Assembly (NCBI RefSeq): GCF_964213995.1
Contig: NC_135813.1
Span: 93,496,001 to 93,560,000 of the forward strand
DNA from: Mustelus asterias
Taxonomy: Eukaryota
DNA length: 64,000 nt
Direction of reading: 5' to 3'
The notes beneath the pieces are model-generated. The model was not told the DNA's origin. It made no database searches and saw only the letters and a program-made list of their open reading frames with translations. Position numbers and translations under genes: made by a program. Shown one piece after another: positions 38,608 through 52,030 of the stretch (positions are counted from its first letter, which is position 1; each line of letters opens with the position of its first letter).

Positions 38608-38906
38608 CATAGAATCCCTACAGTGCAGAAGGAGGCCATTCAGCCCATCGAGTCTGTACCGACCACAATCCCACCTATCCCCATAACCCCACGCATTTAC
38701 CCTAGCTAGTCCCCCTAACACGAAGGTCAATTTATGATGGCCAATCAACCTAACCCGCACATCTTTGGACTGTGGGAGGAAACTGGAGCACCCGGAAGAA
38801 ACCCAGGCAGATAACGTGCAGACGCCACGCAGACTGTGACCCGAGGCCAGAATTGAACCTGGTACCCTGGAGCTGTGAGACAGCAGTGCTAACCACTGTG
38901 CCACCT
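38608..38906 (-). mobile_element. HE1-type V-SINE, tail A (in the putative FOXN4 3'UTR)
   Basis: Same head and V-domain, tail A. Confidence 0.85.
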
Positions 38907-39754
38907 TCATGCTGCTTCATGAGACATTCATGAGGAATAAAAGATACAATTCATCAGCAAAGCAACTGGAGGATAAACCAGAAAAACCTAGCTCTTCCAA
39001 AAAGTAGGCAGAATTTAACATTGCCTGGATACCTAATGGGGACAATGATGTTCATTGTTTTAAAAAAAGAGCTTCCCACAAATAGACCGCTTCAGTTAAT
39101 TAAAATGATTTCCAAGTTCAATCATGGTTTTATTTTTAAAGCCAAAATTGGATTCGCAAGCACGTGAAGTCCAAACATCCAGGAACTTTGAAATCAGATT
39201 TGAATCACGTCTGTAGAAACTGTGCATTGATCGGCAATCTGCACAATGCGGGAAGCACAAAGAAAATAAGAGCTCCTACTGTATTTGTCAAAAAAAGAAG
39301 TGAGGCTTCCTATGCTCCCTGTACACACGGTCATAATATCAGTCATCCCTCATTTCTAATGTGGCTGGCAGTAGATGGAGCTTCATTAAGGAATTCATTA
39401 CAAATCTGACTTTCTTACATGGTTTTAAAGTTCTTTTGAGAGGAGGAAAAGAGGTAGTTCTTCAAATAAAATTTGAAGCACTCTTCCATATCAGCATTTC
39501 AAAAATCACGCCAGAAACTTCATAAGATATTTTGATACCAGCCAACAAGTGGGAGACTATAATTACAAGGTATGTTTTTTTAAAAATTGTCATAACTTGA
39601 TTAACTAACCAGATAGATCATGAGATTTATCTCAAATTTATCTCAGAGGGGAAGAAAATATTAAGTTTTTTCCCCCTCATTTAGCTTCAAATCTATTGGC
39701 ATATCTTAACTAGGAAGTAATGAAATGCTTTATGTAAAATGTCTTAGATATATG

Positions 39755-39760
39755 AATAAA
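39755..39760 (+). terminator. Candidate FOXN4 polyadenylation signal
   Basis: AATAAA in an AT-rich context followed by T/GT-rich sequence. Would give a ~3.2 kb 3'UTR. Other AATAAA hexamers occur further upstream. Confidence 0.45.
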
Positions 39761-41434
39761 TATTTAAATTTGAAAATGATCTTGTTGGATTTTTCTTCGC
39801 TGAGACAGGATAATGACATACAAACCCTTACAAAATATGTGAAATCTGCAATTTTAATATTCCCTATTCTATCTTCCACAGAGGCTCCCTGCTTACAGAT
39901 CTCTGCTAATGCCTCCTCATTTGGCTAGCAATAGATTGGAGAGAAGGGCCACACTGGTATTTTCCTTTGATTTGTGGTACTGATTAGGGGAGTCTAAAAC
40001 TAGAGGGCATAGATTTAAGGTGAGAGGGGAGAGATACAAAAGTGTCCAGAGGGGCAATTATTTCACATAGAGGGTGGTGGGTGTCTGGAACAAGCTGCCA
40101 GAGGTAGTAGTAGAGGCGGGTACAATTTTGTCTTTTAAAAGACAGTTAGACAGTTACATGGGTAAGATGGGTTTAGAGACTTATGGGCCAAATGCAGGCA
40201 ATTGGGATTAGCTTAAGGGTTTAAAAAAAAAGGACGGCATGGACAAGTTGGGCCGAAGGGCCTGTTTCCATGCTGTAAACCTCTATGGCTCTATGATGAT
40301 CTTTTTACTGTTGTGCTACACTCCAATACCGAGCTATACTATAAACAAGATAGCAATTCATTTAGTGTTCCAGCCAGTGCTCTGCATCAGGATCTGGACT
40401 CTAGTCCTTCTTTGCTCTTTAAGTGTGAAATACCAGAACAAAATTAGACTTTAAGGTCATTGCACATTTATTTACATCTGTCTCCTGAGTTACCTGAAAT
40501 AATTTGCTCATTGTGGAATCAAGTGCTGCTGAATTGTGGGCTCTTGCATTGTAAATCTTAAATATACAATTGGAACATTAAAACAAAGTTTATTCTCTGT
40601 TTTTAATTGATAGAATCATAGAAACCCTACAGTGCAGAAGGAGGCCATTCGGCCCATCGTGTCTGCACCGACAACAATCTCATCCTGGGTCCTATCCCCA
40701 CAACCCCACACATTTACCCTGCTAATCCCTCTATCCTACACATCCCGGGCCACAATGGGCAATTTAACATGGCCAATCAACCTAACCAGCACGTCTTTCC
40801 GACTGTGGGAGGAAATCGGAGCACCTGAAGGAAACCCACGCTGACACGGGGAGAATGCGCAAACTCCACACAGATAGTGACCCAAGCCTGGTTAGCACTG
40901 CTGCCTCACAGCTCCAGGGTCCCTGGAGTTTAGACTCAGTTTAGTTATACCGGAGCTCCCTGGAGGATCTGCGGGGTGAACATCATGTTACCCCTTTAGT
41001 GGGTTCAAATGGATAATTCCATCTCCAACAACCAGTAAAGAGTCCAACGCTCCAAGCTATGTAGCCACAAGAGCCATTAAGGGTGTTGAGATTCTTTGCT
41101 TAGAAAGAACATGGAACTTTGACATATTACCGCCAAAGTATTTTGCAGTTAAGGCAAACAAGGCCAAAGTTCCAGATAGCACTGTGACTTGAACTTCAAA
41201 TAATCTACTTCAAAGGATGAATACTGCGTGTGTGGGAGTTGGGTAAAGAGAAAGAATACAAAATTGCTCATCCACTGGCTTGACAAGGTGCCTGGTTCCT
41301 GACCAATCCCCTACATCCTTCAGAGACCAATTGACCAATCTCTTAAATCCTTCACAATCTGGTGCTGGTCAGCTTTATGCAGACCTTCGAGCTTTAAGTT
41401 GAGAGAGGGAGAAGAATAGAATTAGCAGCTTAGA

Positions 41435-41636
41435 CATGATGTGGAGTTGCCGGCGTTGGACTGGGGTAGGCACAGTAAGCAGTCTCACAACACCAGGTGA
41501 AAGTCCAACAGATTTATGTGGTAGCACGAGCTTTCAGAGTACCGCTCACCTGATGAAGGAGCAGCGCTCCGAAAGCTCGTGCTACCAAATAAGCTTGTTG
41601 GACTTTAACCTGGTGTTGAGAGACTACTTACTGTAA
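41435..41636. mobile_element. Palindromic PLE-type mini-element
   Basis: Same family as 37292-37503. 9-bp duplication CAGCTTAGA at 41426-41434 and 41637-41645. Confidence 0.75.
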
Positions 41637-42296
41637 CAGCTTAGAAACAGGCCATCGAGTCCAACTGGCTTATGCTGTTATTTTTAAGCTCCCCATGAAC
41701 CATCTCCTACCCCACACCTAATATAGTGGAGTATGTATCCTCTTGGTCTAAAAATAACATTATTCATCAGTAGCTTGCTAAAATATCTTACTGGCTGCAC
41801 TTATGTACTTGAAATGCTTTCTTCAAGTGGAACCAAAAGTCCTAGTCAAGGGACAAGATTTATGACAGCTCTTACACATTTTTCATATCGTGCCTGGCTT
41901 AATAACCATTACCGCAGCGAATTTTACTTTCAGGCAGCCTAAACATCTTGACAAAATATTAGGTGAAAGTTAGCAAAATGGACACGTTTTATCTTCAGTT
42001 CTTCTGACCAAAGCTGTTGATGCATGTCCACAGAGAGACAAGATCAATAGCACATCCACAAAGGCAGAGGGATCAATATGCCAGCAACAGGGGGCTACAA
42101 CTTTAACCCTGATTGCCCTTAAAGCATCTTATTATAAACTGGGCAACAGCTAGTTATTGCTTCTCTCAAATAAACTGTGATTCCAGTAACTATGGGCCAA
42201 TCATTGTTCTGTTAGTAATTATAGCTTTGAGACACTCATTAATTAAACCTTTTGTGATGTCACACACATGACAGTTAGGATATCCACCAACATTGT

Positions 42297-42629
42297 GGGC
42301 GGCACGGTAGCACAGTGGTCAGCACTGCTGCTTCACAGCTCCAGGGACCTGGGTTCGATTCCCGGCTTGGGTCACTGTCTGTGTGGAGTTTGCACATTCT
42401 TCTCGTGTCTGCATGGGTTTCCTCCGGGTGCTCCGGTTTTCTCCCACTGTCCAAAGATGTGCGGGTTAGGTTGATTTGCCGTGCTAAAATTGCCCCTTCG
42501 TGTCCTGAGATGCGTAGGTTAGAGAAATTAATAGGGTGGATATGGGGGCAGGGCTTGGGTGGAATTGTGGTCAGTGCAGACTCGATGGGCCAAATGGCCT
42601 CTTTCTGCATTGTAGGGTTTCTATGATTC
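42297..42629 (+). mobile_element. HE1-type V-SINE, tail A
   Basis: Full-length copy. Confidence 0.88.
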
Positions 42630-42892
42630 GTGCAAGTTTTCTTCTGGGGAGGGGAGGGAAATGGTGTGGCAGCATATTAAACTCCTTCATATTTGTTCCA
42701 AAAAAACACAATTAAGGTTTATATATGCAAGTGGAACTGGAAATCTGAGCACAATTAAAAAATAATTAAGCCAACTACTCAGCCCAATTAATACGCAAAA
42801 GGCCCATTATACATTACAGTCACATTAATCTATATTCAATTTCTTTTGCCAATGCAGCGATAGGTTACCTCTGAGGCAATCTCACATCACTT

Positions 42893-43195
42893 TGGCACAA
42901 TGGTTAGCACTGCTGCCTCACAGTGCCACAGACGTGGGTTCGATTCCCAGCTTGGGTCACTGTCTGTGTGGAGTTTGCACATTCTCCCTGTGTCTACATG
43001 GGTTTCCTCCGGGTGCTCTGGTTTCCTCCCACAGTCTGAAAGACGTGTTGGTTAGGTGCATTGGCCATGCTAAAGTCGCCCTCAGTGTATCCGAACAGGC
43101 GCTCTAGTGTGGCAACTAGGGGATTTTCACAGTAACTTCATTGCAGTGTTAATATAAGCCTACTTGTGACACTAATAAATAAACTTAAACTTTAG
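42893..43195 (+). mobile_element. HE1-type V-SINE, tail B
   Basis: Near full-length copy with tail B. Confidence 0.86.
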
Positions 43196-43435
43196 TTTCA
43201 TCCTCATTGCAATACAACTTAACTAGAGTCCCTTCTCTCAGTCATGGGAGCCTACTGAGCCTCAGTTTCTCACTCAAGCATTGGCATGCATTTTTACCAC
43301 AGACAATTCTAGCTTCATATACTTTCCTGCAAGGGTCACTAAACAGCAAATGGGCATGTTTAAAATTGAAACTGTGGTCTTCTGGATTATATAGTCCGAT
43401 ACAACTCCTGACATCCTAAAGCTCTAACTGTACAT

Positions 43436-43441
43436 TTTATT
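43436..43441 (-). terminator. Candidate ACACB polyadenylation signal
   Basis: TTTATT on + (AATAAA on -) at the end of a mostly repeat-poor ~2.5 kb stretch after the ACACB stop. Confidence 0.45.
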
Positions 43442-45948
43442 GGTGCACCATATTAATCAGAATAGAGCTGGTCAACGTTTATGTACAAGAAACAGAAAAG
43501 CATACAAATTACAGTTTATATTACAGTTTATATTACCCACACGTCTGAAATAGGGACATTTATCCACTGATCTTCATTTAGAATAAAGATCAAGTTCTAA
43601 CAATAAAGTATTTTTTAAAACAACATTTAAATCTGTATCATATCAATTCCAAGGTTGGCTCCCGCCACTTTAACTCATTAAAGACACTGTACATTCTTAC
43701 AAGCAATAAAGAGAAGTATTAAACGAAATTTATCGCAAAGTGGGAACTTCTATTTACAAAGAGTAGCTGTCCGCTCTGACTCATTCGTAGCAACATACAT
43801 AGGAACAATCATTTGATCACACATTGGTTCACCAGGATGAGAGGTGTTCAGGATTGGGAAATGGAACATCTAGTTTCAGCATCAAGCACTCCAAGACTAG
43901 ATATAGTATTACACAGATGCAGATAACACTTCCTGATGTTGAACCATGTTGCTTGATCCCAAATTAAAGAAAGCACTTCCACTGTATCAATGATGATTCT
44001 ACTTCCCACACAACTTTCTTACAACCTCTCTGAATGATATTGCGGTTTTTAGAGGCAGTTTGTGCCTATGCCTACCAGGAAACTGCCCAAACTCATTTCA
44101 CGGATACCTTACGCCCAGCATCCCATTGATGTGGGCTTTGGGCTGAAGGCCTTGTATATACTGTGACCACCTTGCTATTGTTTTATATTAAACCAGTTGC
44201 TTCTTTAAAGTGAATATTACTGGTTAATTCCAGCAATTTATAATGCTTGATGTTATAACAGATCAAGATCTTTGCAGAAGAAGTGAACACAAAACAACTA
44301 TGTCCTGGCTGCCCCCGACAGTGTATAAAATAAATATATATGAAGATACATTCATAATATTTTGGAACAAAATAGTAATAAAATCACCCATCTCCAGCAC
44401 TTACTAGGCCGGCATTACTGATAAATGACCTCTTTGAAAAAAGATACAAAAGTCTGAGGTCACGCACCAACCAATCCAAGAACAGCTTCTTCCCTGCTGC
44501 CATCAGACTTTTGAATGGACCTACCTGGCATTAAGTTGATCTTTCTCTGCACCCGAGCTATGACTGTAACACTACATTCTGCACTCTCTCCTTTCCTTCT
44601 CTATGAACAGTATGCCTTGTCTGTATAGCACGCAAAAAACAATACTTTTCACTGTATACTAACACACGAGGTAATAATAAATCAAATCAAATCAATTCTG
44701 CATTGTTATTCAGCAGCTTTTTAAACCAATGTCTTGTGTGGGGGTCAATCTCATCTGTACGGTGCACCAGGATGATGGAATGTGGAATTCAGTTGTGACT
44801 CTCTATGCAACGAGTTCCCGATTTGAATTATTGTTTCTGCGCTGGCAGGTGGAGGAAAAAGGAGGTCCAGGAACTGTCCTTGCCGTTTACGGGATGTGTG
44901 GAAGGTAAAGCAGCAGATCCCCCGTAGAGAAGCAAAATAAAAAATTAGATGAGGCAGCCTGAACCTTGTCGACTGGTGAATGAAAGCCTAGAGGTGGACT
45001 TAGCAACTGAAGGCATCAAGTGAAGGAGAAGTGACAACTATGCCAAAGGTAAGTGTGCAAATAGTACTCTAGTAACAGTCACCATGGCTAGTTCGTCTGC
45101 GAGACTGATTTTTTTTCCTGCTGGCCAAAAGAGCAGACGTTAAAGAGTTTTTTTAACACAGCAACAGTCTTAGAACTAACTGATAGTCACAAAGGCCATA
45201 TTGACCGTGATATGATTCAGCTGCTGCTGTGAAGGTGGGATCTTTATAGCCTCTTGGAAGATGTTGATATTAAGTAGGATGGGATTTTCACCTTCCCTTA
45301 CATTGTAGTCATCTTTTTCCACACGACTTCCACATCGATCAGCCAAGACTGCTTGAGCTTTAATACTGTCACCACGATTAATATTCAACTGGCTTTTCAA
45401 AAGTTGCTTTCACAATGCTTCCGTGAGATATGTGATCTGCGAATTGCACTTCCCAGGCAAAAAGATTTGAGAAAACTCCAAGGCTCCTGCAAAGCTCAGC
45501 TTAAAAAATAATGCCCCCAAGGTGACATTTAGGAAAATATTTTTCTGTAGTTGCTTCAGCTGGTATTAATATCGCCAGTAATACACAAAGTACGCTGAGG
45601 CTGGAAGGATCGCATGCAAAGTCTATATGTAGCTGGAGCTCAGTGGAACATCCGAGTGCACTAAATGTTGCAAAGTTACAAAATGTATTTGGAGCATCGT
45701 TATTCCCAGAACTGCTTAGGCACTGAGCACTGATGAAGACAGAAACTGTAATTTCCACTGCTATCTGTTAGAAGGTCTTCGGGCTGGCTTGCCAGCACAT
45801 GGCTGAGGAAAGGCACAGGGTTAATGTATCTGGACACTTCCTCCCCCCACCAAGTTTCTTACATTTAATATTATGGCGAGGTGTACATGTTGTTCAAGTC
45901 TCTCTGACGCAAAACTTCCAGTGGTCAATAACGTTGGATTGTGTTGAC

Positions 45949-46075
45949 TCAAGGCGAGGCTGGGCTGTCCATGGTTGTTAAGAGGTGAGTGATCTCTGTG
46001 CGTTGGGCTGGGGTGACTTGTTGCATCATATGAATGATGCAGTCCATTGCAACCTCTGGATTCGCCTGAACCAAG
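45949..46075 (-). CDS. ACACB: Acetyl-CoA carboxylase 2, last coding exon
   Basis: ttcag acceptor. Encodes (S)[41 protein letters not shown], the ACC C-terminus. ACACB rather than ACACA is supported by adjacency to FOXN4 and ACC2-type residues. Confidence 0.93.
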
Positions 46076-46379
46076 CTGAAATTAGCAACAACAGGAAACA
46101 CAATCAAATATTTTAACACTTTACATTTCAGGCACATTATCTCAAGTCTTATTTTCATCTTGTCTGGTCATTAAAGGAAAACAAAAAGGAGAAATGGAAA
46201 TCGGGAAGAACATCAGATATTTGGGATAAGTACCATGCAGGTCAAAGTTTACATTTTAGTTGTTTGGACATGTTCTGAGTATTACAATAATGTTACAGAT
46301 TTGCCTTTCACATTCCCTCGTTAATTTTAAATACTTCCATATGATCATTTCTCAGAAGTCCCTTTAAAAATGGAAAAGT

Positions 46380-46665
46380 AAAGTGTCACAAGTGGGCTTA
46401 CATTAACACTGCAATGAAGTTACTATGAAAATCCCCTAGTCGCCAAACTCCGGCGCCTGTTCGGGTACACTGAGGGAGAATTTAGTATTGCCATTCCAGC
46501 ACATCTTTCGGACCGTGGGAGGAAACCGGAGCACCCGGAGGAAACCCATGCAGATACGGGGAGAACATGCAAACTCCACACAGGCAGTAACCCAAGCAGG
46601 GAATCGAACCTGGATCCCTGGTGCTGTGAGGCAGCAATGCTAACCCACTGTGCCACCGTGCCGTC
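46380..46665 (-). mobile_element. HE1-type V-SINE, tail B
   Basis: Same family. Further tail B copies at ~47440-47735 and ~50228-50525 (-). Confidence 0.84.
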
Positions 46666-49107
46666 CCGGTTTGAGGATGTACCTTCCATTGTTTTTGTCC
46701 AACCAAATGACATGTTCAGCAGAGTCTATCGAGATGTCGCATTCTATTTTAGTTTCTTCCAAAGCTAGTGTAACTTTCTCTCGCACCCCCTCAAACCCAG
46801 ACCCTAACTCGAGCATTCAGCCTTGCGACGCTTCTTTTTAATGGTTCAATGTACCACTGGGTGCAGTCTGATCAGAGCACAGTGCGGTTTGATCAGTACC
46901 TCCTCTCATTTATATTCCATCGGTTTGAGGATGTAGCTCTGCCTTCCATTTGTTATTGTCCAACCACCAGATAGCAGCAATTGACATGTTCAGCAGAGTC
47001 TATCGAGATGTTGCAGTCTATTTTAGTTTCTTCCGAAGCGATTTCAGCACCATTCACGTTGTGCTGGCAATTTCTATTCCTGGCACACAATCTTTATATT
47101 TTAAATTTCTGCTCCAAGTACTCTTCCCTCTTACATATTAACGGCCCAGACTTTCCTGTCAGTGGGAAATGCGCAGTGTTCATTGCCGACTGTACAAAAA
47201 AAGGCAAACATATCCACAGGCTGAGGTGGGAACCTGCTCTTCTTGCTGCAGCATGGCCCAGCATTGGGACAATTACTCAGAGCTTGGAGTGGCCCATCGT
47301 GCGCGAAGTCACATCCCGTTGCCCCCGGCATCAAGAGTGGAAAACATGTCCCGAGGTCAGTTTTCACCTCAATAAGAGGTGAGTGTTTTTTTAATGAGTT
47401 TAAATATCTTAAAATGCCATAAACATTTAAATACATTTATAAAAGTTTATTTATTAGTGTCACAAGTAAGGCTTGCATTAACACAGCAATGAAGTTACTG
47501 TGAAAATCCCCTAGTCGCCACGCTCCAGCACCTGTTCGGGTACACTGAGGGAGAATTTACCATGACCAATGCACCTAACCAGCATGTCTTTCAGACTGTG
47601 GGAGGAAACCGGAGCACCCGGAGGAAACTCACGCAGACACAGGGAAAACATGCAAACTCTGCACAGACAGTGACCCAAGCCGGGAATCGAACCCAGGTCC
47701 CTGGCACTGTGAGGCAGCAATGTTAACCACTAAGCCATCCTAGAGTGCCAGAATCTGTTCCTTGTGTATCATCGCCACCCTGCTACCCTTTCTCAAACCC
47801 CTGCTTCCCCCACCCTGCCTGCCCCCATCGATTCCCATCCCTGTTGATTCCCTCACCCTTGCTAACTCCCCCACACGCCCCCGCCATCTCCCTGCCCGCC
47901 CCCACTGATCCCACCACCGCTCACTCCGGCCAATACCCCTGCCCCCACCAATTCGCTCGCCTGCACGCCCCCAGCCGATTTCCCTGCCCCGCCCATCCCC
48001 CACTCTCTGCCCCACCAACTCCTTTTCCAACCAAGCTCATCAGATCTGTATTCCCCTCTCACAGCGTTCACCCCCCTCCCACAATCCTTCCTCCTCTGTC
48101 CCACCGATGTTGGGGAAACAACACTTGAAATAACTACTGGAGCAGTTGAGATGAGTACCATAGATGCATTTAAGGGGAAGTTAAACAAATAAAGGGGAGA
48201 AAGGAATAGAAGATTATATTGATGGTATTAAGATGAAGAAGAGTGTGAGGATTTTTTTATGGAGCATAATGGGGTAGTTAGGCTGAATGGACTCTTGAGC
48301 TATGTATTTAAAAAAATTAGTTTATGGGATGTGGGCGTCACTGGCTGCGCCAGCATTTATTGCCCATCCCTAACTGCCCCCCATTTCAGAGGGCATTTAA
48401 AATGCACATTGCTGTGGCTCTGGAGTCACATGTAGGCCAGATGAGGTAAGGATGAGAGATTTCCTTCCCTCAAGGACATTAGTGAACCAGATGGGTTTTT
48501 ACGACAATCGCCAATGGTTTCATGGTTGTCATTAGATTTTTTAAATTCCATTTTTAAAAATTGAATTCAAATTTCACCATCTGCCGTGGGTCCAGGGTCT
48601 CTGGTTTACTAGACCAGTGACAGTACCACTACACCACTGCCTCCCCTGTGCAATTCCATGCATCCAGTGACTCTCTCATAATGATCATGAAAATCTTTCA
48701 AATCTCCCTAATCTGTCTCTGGGATAAATAGACATTGGGGGGCGGGATTTTACGGTCTCATTCGTCCCGAAACCGTAAAATCCCACCCGATGCCAATGGG
48801 CCTTTCCATGGTCTGCCCCTCGCCTGCTCGGATTCCCGTAGCGGGCGGGACAGTAAAATTCCGGCCTGAGTGACTAATGGGAGCCGATGTTCATTGACCT
48901 GCATCACCAGACTCCAGATGGGAAACCTACTGTTCCTTCATAGCTCCCACATGGCAGATGAACTAGGCTTGGGGCCCATGCAGTCCGACACACATGCACA
49001 CACGCACGCAAATTCATTTAAAATTACATTGCCTGGTCTTCAATTGGAAGACACTCTACACCATCAACCATCTTCTCTGCTGTCCTAGAACACATAAAGA
49101 CACCAAC

Positions 49108-49244
49108 CTGCGAATGTGTTTTAATGCATAATCCCGCTTCAGATATTTGATGTTCTCTCGAATTACAGAACGAGTGTCGTCCTCATCATGGAGGTGTTTC
49201 TCCAACCACTCCACTACTTTCTGATTGTTGTCCCACAGGTATGC
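49108..49244 (-). CDS. ACACB: ACACB coding exon
   Basis: Encodes [49 protein letters not shown] boundaries, phase 0 to 2. Confidence 0.94.
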
Positions 49245-51038
49245 CTGCAAAAAACAAGCAAGGAGATCCAATAACAATGAGATAGGTAATGGAACATGGA
49301 AGATACACCATCACAATGCTAATGTTGTTACTCCACTTCTGTACAGGCTGCTACTTAAGCCCGGCAACAAAGAACGGGTTAATGGACTATGCAGTTTTGT
49401 GACTTGCCAGACTAAATTCAGATAAAACTAAGGGAACAGTTTCCCTTTGCTTTTTTGCCATGCCAATACAGTGTGGCTCTCCTAAACCAAGACTATTAGG
49501 GGGTCAAAGAACTATGGTGTTTCCATTATGATCTGTGAACTTTGGGCATTAGTTATCCTCCAATAGCTTAACGCACATGCTCACAAATGCACACACAGCT
49601 GGGAATCTGGCTTCATCTATTTCCACCTCCTTATCTCAGAAGTGTCAAAATAAATAGTGAAATGCCGACTAATGCTCTGGTTGAGATAACCTGACCCAAT
49701 TCCCTCTTACTGACAGGTTAAGTCATTTTCCCCAAATCATTCCATAATGAGGTAATTAGCATATGGAATACAAGTGAAAACATTAAATATAGTAAATTTA
49801 TTGATTTGATTCCTCTCGAATTAAATGTTTAAAATCTATATTTTGCTCATTTCTGCGAGTGTACATGAAGCTTACAGCACAGAATGGAGCCATTTGGCCC
49901 GATACACTACAGTATTTATTCTCGCTCCATAGCCCATCTTTTATCTAATTTGATTATTTATCAAATTTTCCCTCAAAGCATGCAGAAACCTTAGTTTGAA
50001 CAAAGCATTCCAGCAGCCTCCGGTGCAAAAAAAATTCTCCTAACTTGTTCCCTCATTTTCAGTGACTGTTTTGAATTGATAAACCCTTGTTATTAACTCC
50101 CCATCTGGAGGAAATGGCTTTTCTCCTTATTCACTCCATCAGAACATCAGAGTGGTATTTATATCACAGAGAAATGAGAGACAGTGTAAATAGAAAAAGA
50201 ACATCTCCCGATGGGTCTGGAACGAGGTTTAAGTTTACTTATCAGTGTCACAAGTCGGGTTACATTAACACTGCAGTGAAGATACTGTGAAAATCCCCTC
50301 GTCGCCACATTCCGGCGCCTGTTCGGGTACACCGACGGAGAATTTAGCATGGCCAATGCACCTAACCAGCACGTCTTTCGGACCGTGGGAGGAAACCGGA
50401 GCACCTGGAGGAAACCCATGCTGACACGGGGAGAACGTGCAGACTCCGCACGGACAGTGACCCAAGCCGGGAATCGAACCCAGGTCCCTGGCGCTGTGAG
50501 GTAGCTGTGCTAACCACTGTGCCACGCACGATGGGGGACGAGCGGACATGGATACAAGATTAAATGTGGAAGATTCAGGATAGAGAGGATAACATTTTTA
50601 AAAATATATTTGCACAGAGAGCTTTAAATAGTGAGTGGTAGCGCTGGAGCAAGTGATTGAAGCAGAGATTATGTTAGATAGGGGAGTGAAGGAGATGGGG
50701 GACAAACAGTGATGGGAACAGAGCAGGCATGTCCAGTTAGGACAATTGTTTGTGTTGAGGATCAACACCAAAACTGACTTGTTTCAATGAAACAACGGTT
50801 ACAATGTTGGAATTTCTATATAATTCCATGTATCAGAATTAGTAAGTGTTTAACGTGGATACTGTATAGATGCACTTTTCCAGACTTCATCAGTGAACTC
50901 AAAATTTATTTATTAATAAGAATTGTGCAGCAGCCATATGGCTCTAGCTAACTCCTCAAAACATCCCTGCCTAGGAGCCTCTCTCACCATGGGGTGATTC
51001 CACACTCTGGTGACCCTTACTCCGCTGTGATGCCCTTA

Positions 51039-51662
51039 CATAAGAACATAAGAAATAGGAGCAGGAGTAGGCCATCTAGCCCCTCGAGCCTGCTCCACCA
51101 TTCAATAAGATCATGGCTGATCTGATAGTGGGTTCAGTTCCATTTACCCGCCAGCTCCCCATAACCCTTAATTCCCTTAATGGTTAAAAATCTATCTATC
51201 TGTGACTTAAACACATTTAACGAGGCAGCCTCTACTGCTTCATTGGGCAAAGAATTCCAAAGATTCACTACCCTCTGGGAGAACAAGTTCCTCCTCAACT
51301 CTGTTCTAAATTGACTCCCCTGTATTTTGAGGCTATGCCCCCTAGTTCTTGTTTCCATTGTAAGCGGAAATAACCTCGCTGCTTCTACCCTGTTTAGACC
51401 CTTCATTATCTTATATGTCTCTATAAGATCTCCCCTCAACCGTCTAAACTCCAATGAGTACAGGCCCAGTCTACTCAATCTCTCCTCATAAGCTAACCCC
51501 CTCATCTCGGGAATCAACCTGGTGAACCTTCTCTGTACCCCCTCCAAAGCTAATATATCCTTTCTTAAATAAGGGGACCAAAATTGTACACAGTACTCGA
51601 GATGCAGCCTCACCAGTACCCTGTACAGTTGCAGCATGACCTCCCTGCTTTTATACTCCATT
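51039..51662 (-). mobile_element. CR1 LINE 3' fragment inserted in an LTR-like repeat
   Basis: MEYKSREVMLQLYRVLVRLHLEYCVQFWSP...GKWN plus tail. A near-identical shorter copy lies at ~32780-33102. Confidence 0.9.
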
Positions 51663-52030
51663 AAAAGGGATAATCACCACATCCCTCCCCCAGAGCTTAC
51701 AGGTACCATTGTGGTGCCTTTTATTTTTATTGCTTCTCCTGTATAAGTCTTCAACTTAGCACAAGTGCCCTTCAAGTTCAATGGTTGGACCCCTCCCTTA
51801 GGTACCGAAATATATGCTCACCCTTCACAGTGGCTGATGCTCCCCTATCCACTTCCATCTTAATAGATTTCCCATTTACCCAGAGCATTAGAACAATAGA
51901 GTCTATCTTGCCTGTTTTTTTAGATTAAACAGAATGAATACAAGAATCATTGATGCTAGGCTCTTCCGCATTGTATACTTGGTTGATCAATTACTTGGCG
52001 ATCTTGACTTAGCTCTGCACTGATGCACCA

